NCBI GenBank assembly: GCA_036503775.1
Contig: DASXWH010000188.1
Location: 15,461-79,460 of the forward strand
Source of the DNA: Ohtaekwangia sp.
Lineage (GTDB): Bacteria; Bacteroidota; Bacteroidia; Cytophagales; Cyclobacteriaceae
Reading direction: 5' to 3'
Length of the DNA: 64,000 nt
The position numbers and the translations under genes were made by a program. The notes under the pieces are model-generated. The model saw nothing but the letters and a program-made list of their open reading frames with translations. It was not told where the DNA came from and did not search any database. This document shows, piece after piece, positions 29,397 to 40,046 of the stretch (the stretch's first letter is position 1; each line of letters opens with the position of its first letter).

Positions 29397-31309
29397 TCGG
29401 GGAGTATTTCCTGTGAAAGTTCTGGGAGGATCACATTGCACCGGTTGATAAAGTCATTGGCTAACCTTTTCACTTCCGACAGATTGGTTTGAGCTTTACT
29501 GTTTTCTTCAATGAAAACAATATCAGATCGCATAGCATCAAGGCCCATGAGGGTGAAAGATGGTTTGATCTGGTGAACAAGCCTGGATAGTTTAGTCCAG
29601 TCGCTGGCTTCCATGGATACTTTCATCTCCTGAAGAACCGGTGGTATGGTTTGGATAAAGGTTGTCACCATTTCCCGGATAAATTCCTGGTTGTTACCGG
29701 ATACTGAACGGAGGTAATCCAGATTGTAAGTAGGGGTACCGGCAGGCTTGAATGACTTAAGTATCTCCTTGTCACTGGGCCTGATCTTTAAATCTTCAAA
29801 GAGCTTGCGATAGAGATCTTCTGGCGTGAAGGGCTTTGGCAGGTAATCGTTCATACCGGCAGCAAGGCATTTTTCGACATCGTGGGGTGTAGCGTTCGCT
29901 GTCAGCGCGATTATGGGAACCTGTGCAGATTGAGCCATCGCCCGGATTACTTTGGTGGCTTCGTATCCATCCATTACCGGCATCTGGATATCCATCAGAA
30001 CAACATCAAAGAAACTGTTCTTGATTTTTTCAATGGCTACCAATCCGTTTTCTGCCGTGTCAATGAGGCAATGCCATTTCTTCAAAATGCTCTTGGCGTA
30101 AAGACGGTTGATGTCGTTATCCTCTACCAGTAATACCCTCAGCTCTTCAACTTTTGTATCTTTTAATACTTTGTCTTGTTGTGGTGTGGTGTTCAGAATA
30201 GCTTTTACTTTTCCGATAGAGTAGGGGATTACCACCATAAATGTGGATCCGACATTCTCACGACTCACCACATGTATTTTACCATTCTGCAATTCCACCA
30301 GTTGTCGTACAATGGTAAGTCCAAGGCCTGTACCACCATACCTTCGCGTAACGCTTTCATCGGCCTGGCTGAAGCTTTCAAAAATGGTATTCAGTTTTTC
30401 TTCCGGGATACCAATGCCCGTATCACTCACTTCAATTTTTACCCAGCAGACACCCCGCTGTTCCCGCTCAGCAAAACATTTGATCTGTATTGATCCATTG
30501 TGAGTGAACTTCACGGCATTGCTGATCAGGTTGATGAGGATCTGATTTAACCTCACCGGATCACCCAACAGTATTTTATTCAGCTTCTCATCGATGGAGT
30601 AGCTCAGATCAATTTTCTTTTCCTTGGCCTGATAGGTAAACGTTCCAATGAGCGAGGGGAGAAGGTCGAGTAAATTGAAGGCTATTTTTTCGAGACGCAG
30701 TTTCCCGGATTCTATGGCGGCAAGATCCAGGATATCATTGATGATCACCTTGAGGTTTTCAGCGGAATGGCGGATAGCATTCAGGTATGTTTCGCGTTCA
30801 TCAGGGCTTGGATTTTGTCCCAGCAGGTTAGCCATCCCGGCTATTCCATTAATGGGGGTCCGTATTTCGTGACTGATGTTTGCCAGAAATTGTTCTTTGG
30901 CTTTTTGAAGACGCTTAAGTTCAACCTCATCATTCTTTCGTTGTTCAATATTACGGCAGTCCAGAATGAACCCGGATAATCCTTCCTTATGCTTCAGGTT
31001 GATAGCGTTGAATTCCAGGTAGCGGTATGTTCCGTCTTTGCTGAGGAACTGAAATTCTACATTTTCAGTGTACGCACGTTTTTGGCTGAGCTTGAATTTC
31101 TCACGCATCTCCTTCACCGTTGAAGGAAGCAGATAGTCAAAAAAGTTCTTGCCTATGAGGCTTTTTGCCCGGTAGCCCAGGGTTTCCATTACGGAAGCAT
31201 TGTGGTAGTTAATGTTTCCGGTATAATCAACCACAAAGATGATATCCGAACCGTCTTCAACAACGGCTTCGTAGAAAGCACCTTTCTTAACGTAGTTCTG
31301 TAATTTCAT
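29393..31309 (-). CDS. Cytoplasmic hybrid histidine kinase (PAS-HisKA-HATPase-REC-Hpt)
   Basis: PAS N-terminus with no TM; FLANISHEIRTPING; NAVKFT, DTGIGI, GGTGLGL; VLMDIQMP; Hpt-like LVHQIKPS. Confidence 0.92.
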   Translation of the reverse strand: MKLQNYVKKGAFYEAVVEDGSDIIFVVDYTGNINYHNASVMETLGYRAKSLIGKNFFDYLLPSTVKEMREKFKLSQKRAYTENVEFQFLSKDGTYRYLEFNAINLKHKEGLSGFILDCRNIEQRKNDEVELKRLQKAKEQFLANISHEIRTPINGIAGMANLLGQNPSPDERETYLNAIRHSAENLKVIINDILDLAAIESGKLRLEKIAFNLLDLLPSLIGTFTYQAKEKKIDLSYSIDEKLNKILLGDPVRLNQILINLISNAVKFTHNGSIQIKCFAEREQRGVCWVKIEVSDTGIGIPEEKLNTIFESFSQADESVTRRYGGTGLGLTIVRQLVELQNGKIHVVSRENVGSTFMVVIPYSIGKVKAILNTTPQQDKVLKDTKVEELRVLLVEDNDINRLYAKSILKKWHCLIDTAENGLVAIEKIKNSFFDVVLMDIQMPVMDGYEATKVIRAMAQSAQVPIIALTANATPHDVEKCLAAGMNDYLPKPFTPEDLYRKLFEDLKIRPSDKEILKSFKPAGTPTYNLDYLRSVSGNNQEFIREMVTTFIQTIPPVLQEMKVSMEASDWTKLSRLVHQIKPSFTLMGLDAMRSDIVFIEENSKAQTNLSEVKRLANDFINRCNVILPELSQEILPD

Positions 31310-32671
31310 TTAAATCCCTGCCGCCTCCATTTCCTTGAGATATCGGTAAAGGGAGGATTTTCCAATATCAAGCTTCTGCGCTACATCCAGCACATTATTG
31401 TCATACTTGTTCAGGTAATGGCGGATGATGCGATACATAAATTCCTGCATGGTCATTTCCTGGTATAGGAAAGACTCCATTCGGGTAGTGCTGTTGAAGC
31501 TTATATCCTGTGCGCGTATCTCCTGGTCTTCAGCCATAACTGCAGACAATTCAATAATCGATTTAAGCTCACGGATGTTTCCCGGGAAGGGGTATTGAAG
31601 CAGCTTTTCCTGTGCCTCCTGGCTGATTTTAAACTTGCGCATCTGGTTATCCTGAGCGAACTGATCCAGGAAATGTTTGGCTATAAGTATCACATCCTGA
31701 CCACGTTCACGTAACGGTGGTAAATGGATGGGTAAGCCCAGCAGACGATAATATAAGTCCTCGCGGAACCGCCCGCCTTTCACTTCTTCAGCCAGATCTT
31801 TATGCGTTGCAGCGATGATCCGAACATCCAGCTTTATTACCTGATTACCACCGATTCGGGTTATTTCCCGCTCTTGCAATACCCGTAAAAGTTTAGCCTG
31901 AAGGTTAAGGTCCATCTCACCAATTTCATCCAGGAAAATGCTGCCGCCTTCAGACTCTTCAAACTTCCCGATCCTGCGGGTGACCGCCCCGGTAAAGGAG
32001 CCCTTCTCATGACCGAAGAGTTCACTTTCAATAAGGTCTCTTGGAATAGCGGCAATGTTAACGGCTACGAACGGTTTGTTCTTGCGCTTGGAATTATAAT
32101 GAATGGCCTTGGCCACAAGTTCTTTACCTGTACCTGTTTCTCCCGATATACTTACTGAGATGTTAGTCTGAACCGCCTTTTCCAGAAGTGAAAAGGTGCG
32201 CTTGATCGCAACACTTGTACCGATGATGCTTTTTTCGAACTCGTACTTTTCTGAAATTTCCTTTTTCAGATGGTCGATTTCTTTGATCAGCGAGGTGCGG
32301 TTCCTGGCGTTATTGATCGAGTTAAGAAGACGCTCTTTTGTTTCGTGGTCTTTTGAAATATAGTCATAGGCTCCCAGTTTCAGGAGTTCCACCGCGGTGT
32401 GGATTTTCTCCTGAGCAGAAACCACAATGACGTTGATGTTGGGATCATGACTCCTTATCTGACTCAGCACTTTTTCTCCGGGCATGTCCGGTAAGGAATA
32501 GTCCAGTGTAATTACGGCTGGGTTTTTATACAGATTCTCCAGGCAGTTCTTGCCCGAATTGTAATACTCCACTTCATAGTCCGGATTGAGTTCCAGAACA
32601 TATTTGAGGAATTTGGTGTATGCAGGATCATCCTCAACTACAAAAATTTTAACGGGATCTTTCTCGTACAT
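31310..32671 (-). CDS. Sigma-54-dependent response regulator (NtrC family)
   Basis: REC (VVEDD, TLDYSLPD); GETGTGKE; GSFTGA; FLDEIGEM; FREDLYYRL; GNIREL; C-terminal HTH. Confidence 0.92.
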   Translation of the reverse strand: MYEKDPVKIFVVEDDPAYTKFLKYVLELNPDYEVEYYNSGKNCLENLYKNPAVITLDYSLPDMPGEKVLSQIRSHDPNINVIVVSAQEKIHTAVELLKLGAYDYISKDHETKERLLNSINNARNRTSLIKEIDHLKKEISEKYEFEKSIIGTSVAIKRTFSLLEKAVQTNISVSISGETGTGKELVAKAIHYNSKRKNKPFVAVNIAAIPRDLIESELFGHEKGSFTGAVTRRIGKFEESEGGSIFLDEIGEMDLNLQAKLLRVLQEREITRIGGNQVIKLDVRIIAATHKDLAEEVKGGRFREDLYYRLLGLPIHLPPLRERGQDVILIAKHFLDQFAQDNQMRKFKISQEAQEKLLQYPFPGNIRELKSIIELSAVMAEDQEIRAQDISFNSTTRMESFLYQEMTMQEFMYRIIRHYLNKYDNNVLDVAQKLDIGKSSLYRYLKEMEAAGI

Positions 32672-32858
32672 GAGTTACAGGTTCAATAGAAAGTAAATAT
32701 ACAGGTGAAATGTGCACCGGCCAAGTTCGCGGTGAAGGCTATGAGGTAACCGGATCATACTTTTAAAATGCATGTTTTTAACCGGAATATAATGCAAAGA
32801 ATAGTTTATCTGTAACCAATATTTTAAGAACTTTAAGGAAGCCCATTCCTTAACCCTG

Positions 32859-33323
32859 ATGATTCCAGAATTTGATAGACTTGACGACTCCGAGATGGAG
32901 TTGGTTTTGAAAGCACCGGTGCTGGTGTGTATTCTGATTGCCGGTGCCGATGGCGATATCGATCGGAAAGAAATCAATGAAGCGATATCTATTGTAAAAA
33001 AACAAAATAAGGGACAGTCCGTGCTATCCGGATTTTTTAGAGTGATGGCAGAAGATTTTGAGGATAAAATAAAGATCCTTATTCAAAGTTATCCCTTCGA
33101 ATCAACCCAGCGCAATCCCTTGATTATTGAAGAGCTTAGTAAGCTCAGCTCAACCTGGACGAAAATGGATAAGTCATTCTCTCTGGCCTATTACACCATG
33201 TTAAAAAGTCTTGCCGAAAAGATAGCGTCATCTTCCGGTGGTCTTTGGGGAATCAATACCGTGACATCCGAAGAAGCCAAGTATATTGGTTTGCCCATGG
33301 TGCAGGATCCGGCAAAAAATTAA
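32859..33323 (+). CDS. Hypothetical protein, TerB-like helical domain
   Basis: ILIAGADGDIDRKE resembles the TerB-like ADG.ID..E motif; similarity judged by eye only. Confidence 0.5.
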   Translation: MIPEFDRLDDSEMELVLKAPVLVCILIAGADGDIDRKEINEAISIVKKQNKGQSVLSGFFRVMAEDFEDKIKILIQSYPFESTQRNPLIIEELSKLSSTWTKMDKSFSLAYYTMLKSLAEKIASSSGGLWGINTVTSEEAKYIGLPMVQDPAKN

Positions 33324-33396
33324 TTCATCTTTCTTTTCCAGCCTGTTCAGCCTTTGCTAACTATTTACATCTTTGCAGCGGTTTTGAAACGCTGCC

Positions 33397-33963
33397 ATGG
33401 CTGGTCAATCATCTGTTTTCGGAAGTTCTGTAGTGCCCTTTCGGTTGGTGTTTCTGATGTGGGCTTTCTTCTACCTGGAGTTTATCCTTGGATTTCCGCT
33501 TAGTGTCTACGGTATTGTGCCCCGTACGTTTCAGGGATTGTTAGGTGTTTTCATTGCACCCCTTATACACGGTGATTTGATTCACCTGATTTCGAATACG
33601 ATCCCTATGCTTTTTCTGGGATCAGTTTTGTTCTTCTTCTATGAACGAATAGGGGGGCAGGTTTTTTTTCGCGCATACTTCTGGACAAACATTCTGGTAT
33701 GGCTTTTCGCACGACCGGCTAATCACATTGGAGCCAGCGGTGTAGTCTATGGGCTGGCATTTTTTCTGATATTTTTCGGAATATTCAGACGAGACATCAT
33801 ATCTATTTTGATCTCCGTAATTGTTATACTCCTGTATGGTGGAGTGTTTTACGCGGTACTGCCTATTGGCCTCGATCCACGCATCTCGTGGGAATCTCAC
33901 CTGGCCGGAGCTATCGTTGGTGTTTTTACAGCCATAACTTTTCGTAATCAAAAGAAGGTATAG
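33397..33963 (+). CDS. Rhomboid family intramembrane serine protease
   Basis: LIHGDLIHLISN, HIGASG (catalytic Ser), SWESHLAG (catalytic His). Confidence 0.92.
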   Translation: MAGQSSVFGSSVVPFRLVFLMWAFFYLEFILGFPLSVYGIVPRTFQGLLGVFIAPLIHGDLIHLISNTIPMLFLGSVLFFFYERIGGQVFFRAYFWTNILVWLFARPANHIGASGVVYGLAFFLIFFGIFRRDIISILISVIVILLYGGVFYAVLPIGLDPRISWESHLAGAIVGVFTAITFRNQKKV

Positions 33964-33992
33964 CTGAATTATTTTATCAGATATTTGAACAC

Positions 33993-35015
33993 ATGGACGC
34001 AGCTGCAAAAAAGATACTCACTGATCTGAAGGCCCGGAAGTATTCTCCGGTTTATTTCCTGCAAGGTGAGGAGACCTACTACATTGATCTGATCTCTGAT
34101 TACATACAGGAACACGTGTTGTCCGAGGCTGAGAAAGGATTCAATCAGGTTGTTGTGTATGGTAAGGATTGTGCAATGTCTACCATACTTACACATGCCC
34201 GCAGATTCCCCATGATGGCCGAACGGCAGGTTGTAATTGTTAAGGAAGCACAGGATATCCAGGATTTAAACAAGGATACCGGTGCCCGGTTGTTACTGGA
34301 TTACCTCACCAAAGCTGTACCCAGTACGGTATTGGTGTTCTGTCATAAGTACAAAAGTCTGGACAAACGAAAAGAATTGGGGAAGAAAATAGACCAACTC
34401 ACCGTTTGTCTCACCACCAAGAAGCTGTATGATAATCAGCTTCCGGAGTTTGTGAGCGAATATGTTGGAGGTAAAAAAGTAAGCATTGAAGACCGGGCGG
34501 TTCAGGCATTTTGTGAATATGTTGGTAATGATCTCAACCGGCTTACGAATGAAATTGACAAAGTCATTATCTCGTTACAGCCCGGTGAGAGTATTGGTCT
34601 TGACCGGGTGATGAATCAGGTGGGTATCAGTAAAGAGTATAACATCTTTGAGCTGCAGAAAGCAATTCTTAATCGTGATTCACTGCTGGCAAATAAGATC
34701 GTTAACTACTTTGCGAGTAACACCCGGAAGAATCCCATGATCCCGGTTGTAGCATACCTGTTCTCCTTTTTCAGCAAACTCCTGATGGCATCACAGGCTA
34801 CAGATAAAAGTGATAAGGGACTAGCTAGTGAGCTGAAAGTGAGCCCTTATGCAGTTCGTGATTATAGTCTGGCTTTACGTCAGTTTCCCCTTCCGAAAAT
34901 CATTGATAACATCGCTGCACTAAAAGATGCAGACCTTAAACTTAAAGGTGTGAATACCGGAGCTGATGATGAAGGTCAGGTATTCCGCGAGTTGATCTGG
35001 AAGCTGATGAACTGA
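33993..35015 (+). CDS. holA: DNA polymerase III delta subunit
   Basis: VYFLQGEETYYID, KGFNQVVVYGKD, RFPMMAERQVVIVKEAQ, GISKEYNIFELQKA. Confidence 0.93.
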   Translation: MDAAAKKILTDLKARKYSPVYFLQGEETYYIDLISDYIQEHVLSEAEKGFNQVVVYGKDCAMSTILTHARRFPMMAERQVVIVKEAQDIQDLNKDTGARLLLDYLTKAVPSTVLVFCHKYKSLDKRKELGKKIDQLTVCLTTKKLYDNQLPEFVSEYVGGKKVSIEDRAVQAFCEYVGNDLNRLTNEIDKVIISLQPGESIGLDRVMNQVGISKEYNIFELQKAILNRDSLLANKIVNYFASNTRKNPMIPVVAYLFSFFSKLLMASQATDKSDKGLASELKVSPYAVRDYSLALRQFPLPKIIDNIAALKDADLKLKGVNTGADDEGQVFRELIWKLMN

Positions 35016-35181
35016 GATCACGTTAATTCATCTGCATATTTGCACGTTGGACTGAAGAGTTGCTATCTTTAAGTCCATGCAAATTGGACAGCGAAGAATT
35101 TTTAATTCTTATTTTTTTGGTTCTTTATTTGCAATAATTTTTTGGCAACGCTGTTTTTATCACAAACTGTCTCTGAAAGTA

Positions 35182-38100
35182 ATGCAAAGGTTTATTGCCC
35201 TTTTATTTTTTGTTTTTTGTCTTCAGTCTCTTTACGCCCAGGATCAGCTTTCACAGAATAAGGTTGAAAGACTTTATCAACAGGGAACAGACCTGGTGAA
35301 TCATGCCAACTATGGAGCCGCCCGTGAAGCATTCACTGAATTTTTGTCGCAGGCATCGTCAACAGATTCGCGCAGAAGCGAAGCGGAGTACTATGTGGCA
35401 TTCTGTGCGCTTAACCTCAGTCATAAAGACGGGGAGAAACTGATTGACGATTTTATTGATAATAATCCTTCCAGTCCAAAAGCATCAACGGCTTTCTATG
35501 ATCTGGCTGTCTTCTTTTATGGTGAAGGTAATTACATCAAAGCATCCCAGTATTTTACAAAAGTAGATTTCCCGGCCCTTACCCAGGATCAGCAGAATCA
35601 GGGACACTTCAAATGGGGGTATAGTCTCTTCAATCAGAAAAAACTGGATGAAGCACTTGAACAATTCAATTTTGTAAAACGGCAGAGCAATGAATACACT
35701 CCAGCGGCAAATTATTATGCCGGCTTCCTGGAATATTCTAAAGGTTTGTATGACGAAGCGTTATTTGATCTGAAGCGGGCTGAAGCCAACGCATCGTATG
35801 CATCCATAGTGCCTTACCTGATTACCAATATCTACTACCGCCAGAAACGGTATGATACGGTTATTGAGTACGCAAACAGCATTAAGGGGCGGACGGATGT
35901 TTCCAATGCGGCTGATATTTCTATGCTTGTGGCAGAAGCCTATTACTTTAAAGGTGATTTCAAAAAGGCAGTTGATGCGTATCAGAAATACTTTGAGGCC
36001 AACGGAAAGCCTGAAAGCGGTCTGTTGTTCCGCGCTGGATATGCCAACTATGTGGCCGGAAATACTGAAAGGGGTATCGAGTATCTCGATAAGGCCGCGG
36101 CTTCAAAGGACACTGTCAGCTACTATGCATCCTATTATTTAGGAATACTTCATCTCAAAAGTGGCAATAAACCTCTGGCACTTAACTCTTTTAATTTTGC
36201 CAGGAAGAATCCTGTCGACAAGAATTTAGCAGAAGAGAGCTCCTTTCAATTTGGTAAGCTGGCCTATGATGCCGGTAAGCCAGAGCTCGCTATTACCGAG
36301 TTCGAGTATTTCCTCAAAACCTATCCGTCAAGTAATCATTCCATTGAAGTAAAGGAGTTGTTGGCGCAGGCGTACATCAATGGAAATAATTTTAATAAGG
36401 CAATAGAATACATAGAAGCTCTACCATCACGCAATCAATATATCAATCAGGCATATCAGAAAGCGGCCTACCTCAAAGGATCGGAGCTGTTTAATAAAGA
36501 AGAGTATGCGAGTGCTGTTGAATATTTTGGTAAATCTCTGGAGTACCCAATTGATAAAGGATATGTTGCGCTGGCAAGTTTCTGGAATGGTGAAGCTTAT
36601 TCCATCGGTAAGAAATACAAAGAAGCTATAACTAACTATCAGGGTGTGATCAGCAGTACAGCCGCAGAACCTGAAATTACACTGAAGACACGTTATGGGT
36701 TAGGCTATGCCCATTACAACCTGAAAGAGTATGATAAAGCGCTGTATAACTTTAAGGAGTTCACGAACAAAGCGAATAAAAATTCTCCCAACTATAATGA
36801 CGCTCTCATCAGGCTGGCTGATTGCTATTATGTAAGCAAACAATACAGTGAAGCCATAGCCACATATAATCGTGCAAAATCCGCTTCCTCTCCCGACAAT
36901 GATTATGTTCTTCTTCAGACCGGTATCATAAATGGGATTCAGCGAAAGTACAGTGAAGCGCGAACTCAATTCACTGAACTGATCCGTAATTATCCCAAAT
37001 CACAATACCGTGATGAAGCCATATTCCAGCGGGCACAATTTGAAATTGAACAAGGAAACTATCAACAGGCAATTGATGGGCTTTCTCAGCTGATCAATGA
37101 AGGAAACAATTCACCGTATGTCCCATACGCCTACATGCGCAGAGCGGCTTCCGCTTTTAACCTTAAACAGTACGACCGTACCGTAAGTGATTATTCGACC
37201 GTCATTCAGAATTTCCCCACACACCCCGCAGCTCAGGAGGCTTTGGTACCGCTTCAGGAAGCACTGAGTTTGTCAGGTAAGTCGGGTGATTTTGATGCGT
37301 ATCTGGAGAAAGTTGAAAAGGCCAATCCCAAGAGTGAGGGCCTTGAGAATCTAAAATTTGAATCCGCAAAGAATCAATACTTCGATCAGCAGTATCAGAA
37401 ATCCATTACAAGCTTCAATAGCTTTCTGGCCACCTATCCCGAAACAGCAAAGGCCAGGGAAGCACGTTTTTACATTGCAGAATCTCATTACCGGCTTCGT
37501 GATTTTGAGAAAGCGCTGCCCGTCTATACTGAGTTAGGTAATGACATGACCTTTGAGAACAGCGGTAAAGCCATTGCACGCCTGGCCGAAATTGAATTTA
37601 AGAAAGGAAACTACGAGAGGGCGATTATAAACTACCACCGCATGGAGAAGTTAGCCACAAATAAAAAGGATCAGTACACCGCATGGTCTGGTTTGATGGA
37701 ATCATTTTACCTCACAACCAAGTATGACTCAGCTGATGTTTACGCCAGAACAATTCTGGAGAGAGGTAATATCAGTGCAGGTGCACAAAACAAGGCGTCA
37801 TTATATCTCGGAAAGACAGCCATGGCCAAAGGTGACTATGAAACAGCCAAGGATGAATTTCTGAATACTCTGAATGCTGCCCGTGATGAATATGGTGCTG
37901 AAGCTAAATATTTGCTGGCGAGAATATTCTTTGATCAGAAGGAACATAAGCAGTGTTATGAAACGCTGATCAGTCTGAATAGCGATTTTTCGGCATATGA
38001 AGAATGGGTGGGTAAATCCTTCCTGCTGTTGGCCGACAACTTCATGGTGCAGGACGATGTGTTCCAGGCCCGGGCAACGCTGCAGTCTCTGATTGACCAG

Positions 38101-38208
38101 TTCCCGCTTCAGTCTGTAAAAGATGAAGCCCGGAAAAAATTAAAGCAACTAGAACAGCTTGAACTGGAGAAGCAAAAGAAAGCTGAAGCAGATACATTGG
38201 ATAATTGA
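35182..38208 (+). CDS. Large exported TPR protein
   Basis: ATG at 35182 gives signal peptide MQRFIALLFFVFCLQSLYAQ; many TPRs through to the C-terminus (QARATLQSLIDQFP). Confidence 0.88.
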   Translation: MQRFIALLFFVFCLQSLYAQDQLSQNKVERLYQQGTDLVNHANYGAAREAFTEFLSQASSTDSRRSEAEYYVAFCALNLSHKDGEKLIDDFIDNNPSSPKASTAFYDLAVFFYGEGNYIKASQYFTKVDFPALTQDQQNQGHFKWGYSLFNQKKLDEALEQFNFVKRQSNEYTPAANYYAGFLEYSKGLYDEALFDLKRAEANASYASIVPYLITNIYYRQKRYDTVIEYANSIKGRTDVSNAADISMLVAEAYYFKGDFKKAVDAYQKYFEANGKPESGLLFRAGYANYVAGNTERGIEYLDKAAASKDTVSYYASYYLGILHLKSGNKPLALNSFNFARKNPVDKNLAEESSFQFGKLAYDAGKPELAITEFEYFLKTYPSSNHSIEVKELLAQAYINGNNFNKAIEYIEALPSRNQYINQAYQKAAYLKGSELFNKEEYASAVEYFGKSLEYPIDKGYVALASFWNGEAYSIGKKYKEAITNYQGVISSTAAEPEITLKTRYGLGYAHYNLKEYDKALYNFKEFTNKANKNSPNYNDALIRLADCYYVSKQYSEAIATYNRAKSASSPDNDYVLLQTGIINGIQRKYSEARTQFTELIRNYPKSQYRDEAIFQRAQFEIEQGNYQQAIDGLSQLINEGNNSPYVPYAYMRRAASAFNLKQYDRTVSDYSTVIQNFPTHPAAQEALVPLQEALSLSGKSGDFDAYLEKVEKANPKSEGLENLKFESAKNQYFDQQYQKSITSFNSFLATYPETAKAREARFYIAESHYRLRDFEKALPVYTELGNDMTFENSGKAIARLAEIEFKKGNYERAIINYHRMEKLATNKKDQYTAWSGLMESFYLTTKYDSADVYARTILERGNISAGAQNKASLYLGKTAMAKGDYETAKDEFLNTLNAARDEYGAEAKYLLARIFFDQKEHKQCYETLISLNSDFSAYEEWVGKSFLLLADNFMVQDDVFQARATLQSLIDQFPLQSVKDEARKKLKQLEQLELEKQKKAEADTLDN

Positions 38209-38228
38209 TCGTTTTATTTTTTGCGATA

Positions 38229-39923
38229 ATGAAAATGACTTTTCATAGAATAGTGAACACAGCGATGAGTAAAGTATACATCCTGACTTTTAGTTTTTGT
38301 ATGACGTATGTCATGGTACAGGCTCAGGATCCTAAACAGTGGGATGGAGAAGGTGACCTGAAGCCTATTGAGGTTATCATCACAACCGAGCGTCAGATTA
38401 CATTACCCAGTGCGAACCGTAATTTTGACAAGGTTCCGCCCCGCCCGGTAGAAGCGACTAAGCCGCCTTTTACCTATGACTTCAGATCGTTCAGTTTCCA
38501 GGCACCACAGGTTTCACTACCCGTCAAGCCTTTAAAATTAAAAGCCCAAAGCAAACCTACGTTATATGGAGGCTATCTGCGGGCAGGTTATGGTAACTAC
38601 GCTTCGCCTTTGCTTGAGGCCTACATCAACTCGACACGGGATAAGAACAAACTTTATGGTGCACGCTTTCATCACCGAAGTTCTGGTAAGGGGCCGGTCG
38701 ATGGGAAGAATTCCGGCAGTGGATCAACAGGTATTTCTGTATTTGGAAAATCATTCAGTGACGACCTTGCCTTGTCCGGTAATCTGAGCTATGACAACCG
38801 AACCACTCATTTTTATGGTTATCCCAGCGATGCAGAGGTCAATGAGGACTCGTTGAAACAATCGTATAAGGTATTCAAACTTTCGGGCGAGCTGACCAAC
38901 GCTAAAAACTCTGACATTGCCTACAGGCTTGGGGCAGGGTTCAGCTATCTTTCCGATAAGTTCGATGCCCGGGAAACAGAAGTTAATTTACTGTTCAATT
39001 CCTCTTATGATATTGATGACGAGACACGGATTGATCTGGACGCAGGTTACTATGGGATTACACGCAAGGACGAAGCAGTTGAAGCCAAGCCACGAAGCTT
39101 ATTCACTGTATCGCCTTCCTATTCTCTGTTGGTAATGGAAAGTATAAAGCTGACTGTTGGATTGACCGCAGCTTTTGAAAATGATAGTATTGACTCCAAG
39201 AGTGCTCATCTCTACCCGAATTTCAGAGCAACGTATCCGGTAAGTCCATCGGTTGACCTGGTGGCTTCACTGACAGGTGGTATAGAGAAAGTATCTTTGC
39301 AGTCTTTAAGTAACGAAAACCTTTGGCTTGCTCCGAATGTTCCGGTATTTCATACCAACAAGACATTTGACCTGGAAGTTGGTCTGAAGGCCAGACTGGG
39401 TAACAAAGTATCTGCACAGGCCGGTCTTTCCATGGCTAACTTAAAAAACTGGTACTCCTATGTAAATCTGCCGGAGGATCCATCGAAGTTTACAGTAGCC
39501 TATGATGAAGGGGGAGTGAAGCGCACTAACCTTTATGCTTCGCTGAGTTATGCACAGTCTGAGCTAGCCAAATTCATGGTAAGGGGAGACTACTTTGGAT
39601 ATAGGGCAGATGAACTGAGTGAAGTATGGCACCGGCCAACGTACAGATTAACGGCACACGGGTCGTACAACCTGTATCAAAAGATGATCTTCAGTGCTGA
39701 CCTCATTGCTCAGGGAGGTATGAAAGCTTTTGACCCTGAAACAGGCAACGATGTCAAGCTTGATGGTGCCTTTGACCTGAATCTTAAAGGGGAGTACCTC
39801 TTCTCCGAGAGCTTCTCAGCCTTCGTTCAGTTGAACAATATTACCTCTAATGAATACCCCTTGTTCCTGAACTACCCGGTCCGTGGCTTTCAGTTATTGG
39901 CCGGCATAACCTGGAGTTTCTGA
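38229..39923 (+). CDS. Outer-membrane beta-barrel of the short 'TonB-dependent receptor-like' Bacteroidota type
   Basis: Signal peptide (start 38229 or 38265); GYLRAGYGNY, alternating strands, ends YPVRGFQLLAGITWSF; at ~560 aa it is short for a classical plug+22-strand TBDT. Confidence 0.7.
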   Translation: MKMTFHRIVNTAMSKVYILTFSFCMTYVMVQAQDPKQWDGEGDLKPIEVIITTERQITLPSANRNFDKVPPRPVEATKPPFTYDFRSFSFQAPQVSLPVKPLKLKAQSKPTLYGGYLRAGYGNYASPLLEAYINSTRDKNKLYGARFHHRSSGKGPVDGKNSGSGSTGISVFGKSFSDDLALSGNLSYDNRTTHFYGYPSDAEVNEDSLKQSYKVFKLSGELTNAKNSDIAYRLGAGFSYLSDKFDARETEVNLLFNSSYDIDDETRIDLDAGYYGITRKDEAVEAKPRSLFTVSPSYSLLVMESIKLTVGLTAAFENDSIDSKSAHLYPNFRATYPVSPSVDLVASLTGGIEKVSLQSLSNENLWLAPNVPVFHTNKTFDLEVGLKARLGNKVSAQAGLSMANLKNWYSYVNLPEDPSKFTVAYDEGGVKRTNLYASLSYAQSELAKFMVRGDYFGYRADELSEVWHRPTYRLTAHGSYNLYQKMIFSADLIAQGGMKAFDPETGNDVKLDGAFDLNLKGEYLFSESFSAFVQLNNITSNEYPLFLNYPVRGFQLLAGITWSF

Positions 39924-39977
39924 TGTCCTTCAGTTACCCTTTCACCAGCCCGGAACATCAATGTTAGCCTGTGAACG

Positions 39978-40008
39978 TTTGTATCCCTGAAATTTTAGCT
40001 TATTTTTG
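39978..40008 (+). promoter_or_regulatory. Bacteroidota sigma-A promoter (-33 TTTG, -7 TATTTTTG)
   Basis: TTTG 39978-39981, 19-nt spacer, TATTTTTG 40001-40008 upstream of the SPOR gene. Confidence 0.65.
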
Positions 40009-40046
40009 TATGATAACCTGTTCCTTAAAACCATAATATTTAGAAC

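Noticed and set aside
29091-29441. 116-aa minus-strand ORF after the hybrid kinase
   Set aside because: Lies antisense to the clearly recognisable T9SS CTD of the adhesin.
32700-32760. Small hairpin CACCG...CGGTG in the divergent intergenic region as an ncRNA or riboswitch
   Set aside because: Only a 5-bp stem and no recognisable riboswitch consensus.
32675-32977. 100-aa minus-strand ORF upstream of the NtrC-type gene
   Set aside because: Overlaps the better-supported plus-strand gene at 32859 and the divergent promoter region; low-complexity composition.
35077-35181. ORF-track N-terminal extensions (also at 8479, 20874, 41473, 48492, 49151, 60999)
   Set aside because: Downstream ATGs give proper signal peptides or family N-termini; the extensions overlap promoters or upstream genes.
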